A stretch of 31,994 bases of DNA, taken from Chloroflexota bacterium. Its GTDB lineage: Bacteria > Chloroflexota > UBA6077 > JACCZL01. Location: NCBI GenBank assembly GCA_013695975.1, contig JACCZL010000451.1, positions 1-31,994 on the forward strand, given 5' to 3'. Shown in pieces: positions 8,301-16,627 of the stretch (the stretch's first letter is position 1; the number at the start of each line of letters is the position of its first letter). The notes under the pieces were generated by a model. The model did not search any database and was not told the origin of the DNA. It saw nothing but the letters and a program-made list of their open reading frames with translations. The translations under genes and the position numbers were made by a program.

Positions 8301-9023
8301 CTGGAGCTGCGAGAGTCGCTGGGAATCCTGCGCCGTCGGTGGTGGGTGATCGTCCTCGTTGCCGCCAGCGCGGCGATCAGCGCGTTTGTGTATGCCAGGT
8401 TTCAGGCACCGGTTTACCGTTCGGTGGCGCGCCTGGAAGTGAGCGCCCGCTTCGACAACGGGCAGCAGCTCGCGCTCGAGCGATTGCTCCCGCAGCTTGC
8501 GCAGCGAGTGCGAACAACGGACGTGGCCCGCGAAGTGGACTCGCGATTGCGGCTCGACCTGGGCGCGGAGGCGATCCTGGGAAAGCTGCGAGCTGAGCCG
8601 GTGGCGCAAAGCGGTCAGATCTTGATCGAGGCCGATGACGTGAACGCGGAGCGGGCCGAGTCGATCGTGTTTGCGATTGCCTCGGTGTTCGAGGAGCAGC
8701 ATGCCGCGCGCAACCAGGGAATTCCGTCGCAGGATCGTGCCATCGTCTCATTGCTCGATCGTCCAAGCTCGGCTCGGCTGGTCTGGCCGCAGACCCGCGC
8801 GATCGTCGTCGCCGCGGCCTTGCTTGGACTCCTCGCTGGCGGGGTCCTGGCCTTTGGTATCGACTACCTCGACGACACCCTCAAGACGGCGGCCGACGTC
8901 GAGCGTTCACTGGGCTTGACGACGCTGGGGCGCATTCCGGCCGGCACGCCGTTGCTGACCGCGGAGTTGAGCTCGGGCAACACCCCGACAAAGGCTCGGG
9001 CGGGCGAGGAGCGGAGCGGATGA
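8301..9023 (+). CDS. Polysaccharide chain-length determinant / BY-kinase activator (Wzz/CpsC family), probable CTG start
   Basis: (M)ELRESLGILRRRWWVIVLVA Wzz N-terminus, PVYRSVARL, second TM and DYLDDTLKTAADVERSLGLTTLGRIP activator tail; SD GAGGTG 8291-8296; in-frame TGA at 8283-8285. Confidence 0.85.
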   Translation: MELRESLGILRRRWWVIVLVAASAAISAFVYARFQAPVYRSVARLEVSARFDNGQQLALERLLPQLAQRVRTTDVAREVDSRLRLDLGAEAILGKLRAEPVAQSGQILIEADDVNAERAESIVFAIASVFEEQHAARNQGIPSQDRAIVSLLDRPSSARLVWPQTRAIVVAAALLGLLAGGVLAFGIDYLDDTLKTAADVERSLGLTTLGRIPAGTPLLTAELSSGNTPTKARAGEERSG

Positions 9024-9730
9024 GGCGGACCCCGAGGGTTGGGAATGGATCTCTTACGGAGAGTGCTCCGGGGAATGGTCTGGTGGCCGCTTCGTCGCCG
9101 CGCTCGCAGGCGGCTGAAGCGTATCGAACGCTCCGCACCAACATCCAATTTTCGAGCCTGGACCGCGACATTCGGACGCTGCTGGTGACGAGCCCAGATG
9201 CCAACGAGGGCAAGACCACGATCCTGGCGAATCTCGCGATCATGTTCACCGAGAGCGGGCGGCGGGTCATCGTGGTGGACTGCGACCTGCGGCGGCCGAG
9301 GCTCCACGCGCTGTTCGAGCTTCGCGAGAGTCCAGGCATGACGACGATGGTCCTGGACGAGAACGCAGAGGCGCCCCTCCAGGCGACGATGATCCCACAT
9401 CTGTGGGTCCTGGCCAGCGGCCCACTCCCGCCCAATCCCTCTGAGCTGCTGGCTTCCGAGCGGATGGTCAGGATCATCGCCCGGCTCGCCGATCAGGCCG
9501 ATATGGTCCTGTTCGACTCGCCCCCGGTCGGGGTCGTCTCGGACGCGGCTGTGCTGGCGACGAGGGTCGACGGGGTGCTGCTCGTGGTGGACGCCGGGCG
9601 GACGCGGCGTGACCTCGCTCGCCAGGCCAAGGAGCAGCTCGATCGGGTGGGCGCGCGATTGCTTGGCACCGTGCTCAACAACGTGAAGCCCGAACGCCGG
9701 GCCTACGACTACCACGAAGGTGGCCGCTGA
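9020..9730 (+). CDS. Bacterial protein-tyrosine kinase, CpsD/CapB family
   Basis: AEAYRTLRTNIQF, Walker A SPDANEGKTT, A' VVDCDLRRP, Walker B LFDSPP, C-terminal YDY; ATGA overlap with wzz. Confidence 0.93.
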   Translation: MRRTPRVGNGSLTESAPGNGLVAASSPRSQAAEAYRTLRTNIQFSSLDRDIRTLLVTSPDANEGKTTILANLAIMFTESGRRVIVVDCDLRRPRLHALFELRESPGMTTMVLDENAEAPLQATMIPHLWVLASGPLPPNPSELLASERMVRIIARLADQADMVLFDSPPVGVVSDAAVLATRVDGVLLVVDAGRTRRDLARQAKEQLDRVGARLLGTVLNNVKPERRAYDYHEGGR

Positions 9731-9757
9731 GGCAGCGGACTCGGGAGGGGAGCGGCG

Positions 9758-10516
9758 ATGAAAGGTGTCATTCTGGCGGGGGGCAGCGGAACGCGACTGC
9801 ACCCGATGACACGGATCACCAACAAGCATCTACTGCCGGTCTATGACAAGCCGATGATCTACTACCCGATCGAGACGCTCGTCCTGGCGGGCATTCAGGA
9901 GATCATGGTCGTCACTGGCGGCAACCACGCCGGCGAATTTCTGCGCCTGCTCGGTGATGGCGGGGAGTTCGGACTCAAGCAGTTGAGCTACAGCTATCAG
10001 GAGCGTCCCGGCGGAATCGCGGAGGCGCTCCGCCTGGCCGAAAACTTCGTGGACGGCGACCGCTTCGCGGTCATGCTGGGCGACAACCTCCTGGAAGAGA
10101 CGATCGCACCGTATGTCGAGAACTTCGAGCGACAGGAACGAGGCGCGCGGCTGCTGCTCAAGGAGATGGATGACCCGGCCCATCTGACTCATCTGGGTGT
10201 CCCAATCATGGACAACGGCCGGATCCGGTTCATCCGCGAAAAGCCATCCGCCCCGCCGTCACCGTACGCGGTCATCGGGGTTTACATGTACGACGCGGGA
10301 GTCTTCGACATCGTCCGCAGTCTCCAGCCATCGGCCCGCGGTGAACTCGAGATCACCGACGTCAACAACGCCTACATCGATCGGGGGGCGATGGAGTTCG
10401 ACGTCATTAGCGGATTCTGGGGCGATGCCGGCGAGTCGATCGACGTGTATTACCAGGTGATCGACTTTGTGCGGGCGCACGGGGTCAACAAGGCCCCGGC
10501 ACTCGCCGGTCGATGA
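9758..10516 (+). CDS. rfbA: Glucose-1-phosphate thymidylyltransferase (short RmlA/SpsI type)
   Basis: ILAGGSGTRLHPMT, NKHLLPVYDKPMIYYP, MLGDN, SARGELEITD. Confidence 0.9.
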   Translation: MKGVILAGGSGTRLHPMTRITNKHLLPVYDKPMIYYPIETLVLAGIQEIMVVTGGNHAGEFLRLLGDGGEFGLKQLSYSYQERPGGIAEALRLAENFVDGDRFAVMLGDNLLEETIAPYVENFERQERGARLLLKEMDDPAHLTHLGVPIMDNGRIRFIREKPSAPPSPYAVIGVYMYDAGVFDIVRSLQPSARGELEITDVNNAYIDRGAMEFDVISGFWGDAGESIDVYYQVIDFVRAHGVNKAPALAGR

Positions 10517-11544
10517 AGCTTCTCGTCACTGGGGGGGCTGGCTTCATCGGGAGCAACTTCGTCCGCTGGGCGCTTGGCCGGCACGCCGACCTTCGAGTGA
10601 CGGTCCTGGACAAGCTGACATACGCGGGCAACCTGGACAACCTCCGCGACATCGCGGCCGACCCACGCCTCGAGTTTATCCGGGGCGACGTCGCCGACCC
10701 GGCGGTTGTGGATCCACTGGTGGCCGCGACTGACGCCGTCGTCAACTTCGCCGCGGAGACCCACGTCGACCGCTCGATCATGGACGCCGGAGCGTTCATC
10801 GATACTGACGTGCGCGGGACCTGGGTTTTGCTCGAAGCGGCGCGGCGCCACCGGATCGGGCGATTTCTGCAGGTCAGCACGGACGAGGTCTACGGCCACG
10901 TCGCGACCGGCGCGTCCGTCGAGACTGACCCCCTGGCGCCACGGAGCCCGTATTCGGCGAGCAAGGCGGGTGGAGACTTGATGATCGGGGCCTACCGCGC
11001 AACCTACGGGCTGCCGGTCCTGATCACCCGAGGCTCGAATACCATTGGACCCTTTCAGTACCCCGAGAAGGTGGTGCCCGTCTTCGTGACCAACGCCCTC
11101 GATGATCAGCCGCTGCCAGTCTACGGTGACGGTGGAGCGCTGCGCGACTACATCTACGTGACCGACCACTGCTCCGGCATCGACGCCGTGCTTCGAGACG
11201 GGCAAGATGGCGAGATCTACAACGTCGGTGGGGGCAATCAGATCGACACGCTGGTGCTGGCCCGAGTGATCCTGGATCGGCTCGGAAAGCCCCACAGCCT
11301 GATCCAGCTCGTACCGGACCGGCCTGGACATGATCGGCGCTACAATCTCGATTGCGGCAAGCTGCGCGCGCTCGGGTGGGCGCCCGAGCACACATTCGAG
11401 TCCGCGCTGGCGGCCACGGTCGATTGGTACGTCGAGAATGAATGGTGGTGGCGAAAGCTCAAGTCCGGCGAGTACCTCGACTACTACCGCCGCAACTACC
11501 GCGAGCGGGGCTCTCCGTTACAACGGCTGCCCGTCGAGCGCTGA
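10513..11544 (+). CDS. rfbB: dTDP-glucose 4,6-dehydratase
   Basis: TGGAGFIGSNF, DKLTYAGN, AAETHVDRSI, STDEVYG, YSASK, DRPGHDRRY. Confidence 0.95.
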   Translation: MKLLVTGGAGFIGSNFVRWALGRHADLRVTVLDKLTYAGNLDNLRDIAADPRLEFIRGDVADPAVVDPLVAATDAVVNFAAETHVDRSIMDAGAFIDTDVRGTWVLLEAARRHRIGRFLQVSTDEVYGHVATGASVETDPLAPRSPYSASKAGGDLMIGAYRATYGLPVLITRGSNTIGPFQYPEKVVPVFVTNALDDQPLPVYGDGGALRDYIYVTDHCSGIDAVLRDGQDGEIYNVGGGNQIDTLVLARVILDRLGKPHSLIQLVPDRPGHDRRYNLDCGKLRALGWAPEHTFESALAATVDWYVENEWWWRKLKSGEYLDYYRRNYRERGSPLQRLPVER

Positions 11545-11644
11545 GTCGACGGGTGGCTGCTTCCCGCGATCCTCGCCGAGAGGCTGACATTCTCCGGACT
11601 CTGGCTGTTCGCCAAGCGCGGTCTCACGGCCGAGAGGAGTCGCC

Positions 11645-12928
11645 ATGCCGGTGATCGCGGTGGTCGGGGGCCAGTGGGGAGACGAGGGCAAGGGCAAGAT
11701 CATCGATCTCCTGGCCGGGCGGGCCCACGTCGTCGTGCGAGCGCAGGGCGGCGACAACGCCGGCCACACCGTCGTCAACGCCCGCGGGAAGTTCGCGCTG
11801 CACCTCGTGCCGGCGGGTGTCTTCAACGCCGACTGCGACTGCGTGATTGGGCCGGGTGTGGCCCTGAATCCGGAAGTGCTCTTGCGGGAGATGGACGCCC
11901 TGCACGAGCGCGGGGTCAGCACCGACAAGCTCACGATCAGCGCTCGAACCCACCTGGTCATGCCGTATCACCTGACGCTCGACCGCGCCGACGAGGCGTG
12001 GCGGGGTGAGGGAGCGATCGGGACGACCAAGCGGGGGATCGGACCTGCCTATCTCGACAAGGTTGGTCGCTCGGGGCTGATGGCAGGCGACCTCCGCGAC
12101 CCAGGGCGATTTCGCCGCAAGGTCGCCGAGGCCGTCGAGCGCAAGAACGTCCTGCTGGAGCGGGTCTACGACGCCCCAACGGTCGACGCGAACGAGATCG
12201 CGGACGAGTACCTGCGGCTGGCGGAGCGACTCTTGCCGCACATCGCCGAGTCGGGGCCACTGCTCGAGCGGGCTCTGCGCGATGGGAGGACCATCCTGCT
12301 GGAAGGGGCGCACGGGACGCTGCTCGATCTGGACCACGGGACCTATCCGTACGTCACCACGTCGTCGTGTACGGTCGGGGGGCTCCTGAACGGGGCCGGC
12401 ATCGGTCCGCGTCACCTGACGACGGCTCTCGGCGTGTTCAAGGCGTACACGTCGCGAGTCGGGGCAGGACCGATGCCGACGGAGCTCGACGACGAGATCG
12501 GGCAGCGAATCCGCGACCGTGGACAGGAATATGGCACGACGACCGGGCGGTCGCGCCGCTGCGGTTGGTTCGACGCGGTCGCGGCACGCCATTCGGTCCT
12601 CGTCAACGGCTTTCACGCCCTGGCGATCACGCGGCTGGACATCCTGGACCAGTTCGACGAGCTGAAGGTCTGTCTCGCCTATGAGCTGGATGGGCGTCGG
12701 ATCGACTATTTCCCCAGCGACGCCGACGAGCTGGCACGAGCCCAACCGGTCTACGAAGCCCTGCCCGGGTGGTTTAGCCCGACGGGCGATGCCCACGACT
12801 GGAACGACTTACCCGGAGCAGCGCGGGACTACGTGCGACTTCTGGAGGAGGCGCTCGGAGTGCCGGCCGGGCTGATCGGCGTCGGGCAGGAGCGCGAGAA
12901 GACGCTCTTCACCGGAGCGCTGCCGTGA
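11645..12928 (+). CDS. purA: Adenylosuccinate synthetase
   Basis: GGQWGDEGKGK, QGGDNAGHT, GIGPAYLDK, DHGTYPYVT, GTTTGRSRRCGWFD; SD GAGGAG. Confidence 0.96.
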   Translation: MPVIAVVGGQWGDEGKGKIIDLLAGRAHVVVRAQGGDNAGHTVVNARGKFALHLVPAGVFNADCDCVIGPGVALNPEVLLREMDALHERGVSTDKLTISARTHLVMPYHLTLDRADEAWRGEGAIGTTKRGIGPAYLDKVGRSGLMAGDLRDPGRFRRKVAEAVERKNVLLERVYDAPTVDANEIADEYLRLAERLLPHIAESGPLLERALRDGRTILLEGAHGTLLDLDHGTYPYVTTSSCTVGGLLNGAGIGPRHLTTALGVFKAYTSRVGAGPMPTELDDEIGQRIRDRGQEYGTTTGRSRRCGWFDAVAARHSVLVNGFHALAITRLDILDQFDELKVCLAYELDGRRIDYFPSDADELARAQPVYEALPGWFSPTGDAHDWNDLPGAARDYVRLLEEALGVPAGLIGVGQEREKTLFTGALP

Positions 12929-12937
12929 GGGCGAGCG

Positions 12938-15169
12938 ATGCTTGAGCGAACGGTTCTCAAGGAAAACGAGATCTTTCTGGTCAGCGACGAGTGCGGCGAC
13001 ATCGCCGCGCACAATGTCGACGGGCAGGGGCTGTACTGGCGCGACACCCGGTTTCTCAGCCTGTACGAGCTGACCGTCGATGGCGGCCGCCCACAACTGC
13101 TCTCGGCGGCCGGCGAGCACAACTTCATGACCAATCTGCAATTCGCCAACGCCGGCTTTGTCACGGCCGAGGGGCGTGTGGTGCCGGCGCGGACGATCAG
13201 CATCCGCCGCAATCGGTTCGTTCACGGCGGGCTGCACGAGCGGATCGGGCTCTTCAACTACAATCGCTTCTCGGTCCGCCTTCGGCTCGTCCTGGCTTTC
13301 GGGTCGGATTTTCGGGACATGTTCGACATCCGCGGTTACGCTCGACGGACTGGGCACGGCGCAATCGAGGCCCCATGTCAGGATGGCGACAGCATCGTCC
13401 TCGGGTATGGAGGGCTCGACGGGATTCGACGATCGACGACGGTGTGGTTCGACCGGGCTCCCGACCAGGTGCGGATCGAGGAGGCGTTGGAGCAGCCCCG
13501 CGACGGCGTCGAGAAGACGCCGGGGATCAGTGGAGCTGGAGACCCTCGGGCTGAGGCGTCGATCCGGCCGCCGACAGCCACCGCGACCTTCGATTTCGAG
13601 GTCGCGCCCGGGGCGTTCGAGTCGCTGACGGCCCAGATCGTTCCGCGGATCGACGGACGCGAGGAGACGGTTCACGCGACCACGCCGAGCCTCGATTCTG
13701 AGTTCGTCGTGATGCGGGAATCGTACGAGCAGTGGGAGGCGAGCTGCACCAGGATCTCCTCCGACCATGAGCTGTTAAACGCCGTACTCCGGCGTTCGCT
13801 GCATGACCTGCGGCTGCTGAGCGATCGGATGGCCTCCGGCTATCTCCCATCGGCCGGCATTCCCTGGTTCAGCGTACCGTTTGGGCGTGACAGCCTGATC
13901 ACCGCGATGCAGACGCTCGCGCTGCAGCCGGAGATCGCTCGTGCGACCCTCCACTTTCTCGCGCGGCAGCAAGGCAAGGAGATCAACGATTGGCGCGACG
14001 AGCAGCCGGGCAAGATCCTGCACGAGGTGCGTCTGGGCGAGCTCGCGCGACTCGGCCGGGTCCCTCACACGCCGTATTACGGGAGCGTGGACGCGACTCC
14101 GCTGTTCCTGGTGGCGCTCGGGGAGTACCTGCGCTGGACCGGCGACTGGGGGCTCGGGCGAGAGCTGCGCCCGAACGTCGAGCTGGCGCTCCGCTGGATC
14201 GACGACTATGGCGACGCCGACGGCGACGGCTACGTCGAGTATCTCTGCCGATCCGACCGCGGAATCCCGAACCAGGGCTGGAAGGACTCTGCCGACGCGG
14301 TCTCCCACCGCGACGGTCGGCCAGCTCGCCCGCCGATCGCGCTGGCTGAAGTCCAAGGCTACGTCTATCGGGCGAAGACGGCGATGGCGGACTATTTTGA
14401 CACGCTGAGCGAGCCAGCGAGGGGAAAGGAGCTGCGCCGCCAGGCCGCCGAGCTTCGAGCCGGCTTCGCTCGAGATTGGTGGCTCGAGAGCGAAGGCTGC
14501 TTCGCGATGGCCCTCGATGCCGAGAAGAGGCCGGTGACGACCGTCAGCTCCAACCCCGGCCACTGCCTCTGGGCGGGGCTGTTGGAGGACGAGCAAGCGC
14601 GGCGGCTCGGACAACGCCTGATGGCCGAGGACATGCTGTGCGGCTGGGGGATTCGGACCTTGAGCACGCGCGAGCCGACGTTCAATCCGATGAGCTACCA
14701 CAACGGCTCGGTCTGGCCTCACGACAATTCGCTGATCATCGCCGGATTGAAGCGCTACGGGATGGACGACCTGGCGATGCACGTCGCCGACGAGGTTGTC
14801 GACGCCGCGGTCCGGTTCCCGCTCTTCCGCCTGCCTGAGCTCTACTGTGGGTTCACCCGCGACCGCCGCTACTTCTCGATGCCGGCTCGCTACCCGGTCT
14901 CGTGCAGCCCCCAGGCCTGGGCCGCCGGCAGCGTCTTCCTGATCGTCCAGGCGATGCTCGGTCTGCAGCCCGACGCCGACGCGGGCGTCCTGACGGTTCG
15001 GCCAACTCTGCTCGGCCGGGTCGGCCGCCTCAGCGTGCGGAACCTGCGCGTCGGCGGCCACGCTGTCGACCTGGAATGTTTTCAGGACGAGGGCGGACCG
15101 CGCGTCGAGATCGAGCGCTCCGATCCCATCGACGTGGTGGTCGAAGCGCCCTTAGTGCTCAGTCGATGA
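12938..15169 (+). CDS. Amylo-alpha-1,6-glucosidase family (glycogen debranching-like) glycoside hydrolase
   Basis: N-terminal GLYWRDTRFLS; AGIPWFSVPFGRDSLI, EQPGKILHEVR, YYGSVDATPLF, NQGWKDS, EVQGY, YHNGSVWPHDN, RLPELYCG, ACSPQAW-like SCSPQAWAAG. Confidence 0.92.
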   Translation: MLERTVLKENEIFLVSDECGDIAAHNVDGQGLYWRDTRFLSLYELTVDGGRPQLLSAAGEHNFMTNLQFANAGFVTAEGRVVPARTISIRRNRFVHGGLHERIGLFNYNRFSVRLRLVLAFGSDFRDMFDIRGYARRTGHGAIEAPCQDGDSIVLGYGGLDGIRRSTTVWFDRAPDQVRIEEALEQPRDGVEKTPGISGAGDPRAEASIRPPTATATFDFEVAPGAFESLTAQIVPRIDGREETVHATTPSLDSEFVVMRESYEQWEASCTRISSDHELLNAVLRRSLHDLRLLSDRMASGYLPSAGIPWFSVPFGRDSLITAMQTLALQPEIARATLHFLARQQGKEINDWRDEQPGKILHEVRLGELARLGRVPHTPYYGSVDATPLFLVALGEYLRWTGDWGLGRELRPNVELALRWIDDYGDADGDGYVEYLCRSDRGIPNQGWKDSADAVSHRDGRPARPPIALAEVQGYVYRAKTAMADYFDTLSEPARGKELRRQAAELRAGFARDWWLESEGCFAMALDAEKRPVTTVSSNPGHCLWAGLLEDEQARRLGQRLMAEDMLCGWGIRTLSTREPTFNPMSYHNGSVWPHDNSLIIAGLKRYGMDDLAMHVADEVVDAAVRFPLFRLPELYCGFTRDRRYFSMPARYPVSCSPQAWAAGSVFLIVQAMLGLQPDADAGVLTVRPTLLGRVGRLSVRNLRVGGHAVDLECFQDEGGPRVEIERSDPIDVVVEAPLVLSR

Positions 15170-16261
15170 CGCGCCGGTCTCGGGGCGCGCACCGCGGCGA
15201 GCGCCCAGCTCGCTCAGATCGTCCGCCAGGCGACCCGCGGCATCGCGAGGCATCACCCGGGCGATGGCCCGGGCCAGCCGCTCGCGGCGCGCGCCGTCCT
15301 CGAGCAGCTCGCGGACCGTTTGAACGAGGTGCGCCGGCGTAAGGCCTGGCTGATCGAAGACAAGGGCGGCATGCTGTTCGGCGAACGCGACGGCATTGGC
15401 CTCCTGATGTGATCGGGGCATCGGCACGACCACGGTCGGCTTTCCGAGGGCCGCGAGCTCGCTCAACGTCGACATCCCAGCGCGGCTGAGGACGAGGCTC
15501 GCCGCGGCGAGGGCGTCTGGCATCTCCTCGACGAGGAACTCGCGCTGACGGTAGCGAGGCCCGAGCTCTGGCACTGCCACACCGCGGCCCCTTCCAGTCA
15601 GGTGTAAGATTTGACAGAATCTGACCAGGTCGGGTGCGGCAGCAGCGACCACGCGGTTGAGTGCCAGTGCGCCGGTGCCGCCTCCGGTGACGAGGAGCAG
15701 CGGGATGGTGGGCACCAGGCCGAGGCGGCGAAAGCCCTGCTCCGGGTCTCCGGAGAGGACACTCGCTCGGACCGGGTTGCCGCGCAAGAACGTGCGGCCG
15801 GTCGGAAAGCGCGCCACCGTCTGAGGGAGCGCGACGGTGATCCGCTGCGCCAAGGGGGCCAGCAGCCGGTTGGCCAGACCCGGTACCACGTCCTGCTGGT
15901 GTATCAGGACGGGGACCCGCAGGAGCGCGGCGGCTACGAGTGGCGGGACGCTGGCGAACCCACCGGCGCCAAAGGCGATGTCGGGGCGGAAGCGTCGAAC
16001 GAGGGCGAGCGACTCCGCCAGGCCACGGGCGACTCGGAGCGGATCGGTCAGGTTCTGGACGCTCCAGTAGCGGCGAAGCTTGCCGGCGGTGACCGCGACG
16101 TAGGGGATGCCCTGGCGCGCGGCCAGGAGCGTTTCAGGCCCTGTTCGCGTGCCGACGTAGAGCATCGGGCAGTCAGGCTCGCGATGGCGAAGCTCCTGTG
16201 CCACGGCAAGGAGCGGCGTGGCGGAGCCACCCGAGCCGCCGCCCGCGAGCAAGATCCGCAC
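15152..16261 (-). CDS. murG: MurG-like GT28 glycosyltransferase with variant motifs
   Basis: RILLAGGGSGGSATP, AGKLRRYWS, FGAGGFASVP, HQQDVVPGLANR, GNPVR, SRAGMSTLSE, HQEANA; start set to GTG 16261 (alternative 16267). Confidence 0.82.
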   Translation of the reverse strand: MRILLAGGGSGGSATPLLAVAQELRHREPDCPMLYVGTRTGPETLLAARQGIPYVAVTAGKLRRYWSVQNLTDPLRVARGLAESLALVRRFRPDIAFGAGGFASVPPLVAAALLRVPVLIHQQDVVPGLANRLLAPLAQRITVALPQTVARFPTGRTFLRGNPVRASVLSGDPEQGFRRLGLVPTIPLLLVTGGGTGALALNRVVAAAAPDLVRFCQILHLTGRGRGVAVPELGPRYRQREFLVEEMPDALAAASLVLSRAGMSTLSELAALGKPTVVVPMPRSHQEANAVAFAEQHAALVFDQPGLTPAHLVQTVRELLEDGARRERLARAIARVMPRDAAGRLADDLSELGARRGARPETGASSTEH

Positions 16262-16267
16262 GCGCAC

Positions 16268-16273
16268 AGTATA
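16268..16273 (-). promoter_or_regulatory. Candidate -10 element (TATACT) for a leaderless murG transcript
   Basis: TATACT lies exactly 6 nt upstream of GTG 16261; no SD. Confidence 0.55.
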
Positions 16274-16303
16274 CGGGAGCGACGATCGTGACGATCGCTT
16301 GCC

Positions 16304-16333
16304 TTGACGACTATGGGGGCGGCGGATTACGCT
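16304..16333 (+). promoter_or_regulatory. Sigma70-type promoter for the HTH-hem operon
   Basis: TTGACG (16304-16309), N18, TACGCT (16328-16333); divergent from the murG promoter. Confidence 0.55.
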
Positions 16334-16396
16334 TGTGGAGACGGCGTGCGATGCGCAGTCTTCGCTAGTTTCCCCCAGATTTCCTGGAGCCGCCGC

Positions 16397-16627
16397 GTGG
16401 CCCCGACTCCTCCCCAGGCGCCCGAATCGCTCCCCGAGGGCAGCCGCTGGGTCGGGATGCGGCGGGCGTGCGAGATCCTCGGCGTGAATCAATCGACTCC
16501 GCGGCATTGGACCGACAGCGGACGGGTCCCGGCGTTCTTGACGCCGGGCGGGCATCGACGCTACCGCGAGGCCGATCTGTTCGCCCTGAACGAGCGCGGG
16601 CCGGGCAGCGCGACGCCGACGCGATGA
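16397..16627 (+). CDS. Small stand-alone MerR/excisionase-like winged HTH protein (BldC-like)
   Basis: ACEILGVNQSTPRHWTDSGRVPAFLTPGGHRRYREADL; SD GGAG 16386-16389; stop overlaps the sirC start (ATGA). Confidence 0.72.
   Translation: MAPTPPQAPESLPEGSRWVGMRRACEILGVNQSTPRHWTDSGRVPAFLTPGGHRRYREADLFALNERGPGSATPTR

Noticed and set aside
11545-11644. Purine riboswitch or other ncRNA upstream of purA
   Set aside because: No purine-riboswitch core or stable multi-stem structure recognised by eye; an Infernal/Rfam scan would settle it
11645-12928. Possibility that purA is a PurZ (Z-genome) enzyme
   Set aside because: The catalytic GDEGKG Asp and the xLD guanine-pocket Asp are retained, and there is no phage context; kept only as a divergent PurA note
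11624-15061. Long antisense ORFs (11624-12796, 12809-13768, 13775-15061)
   Set aside because: Reverse-strand shadows of purA and the glucosidase; no motifs; long open frames are expected at this GC content
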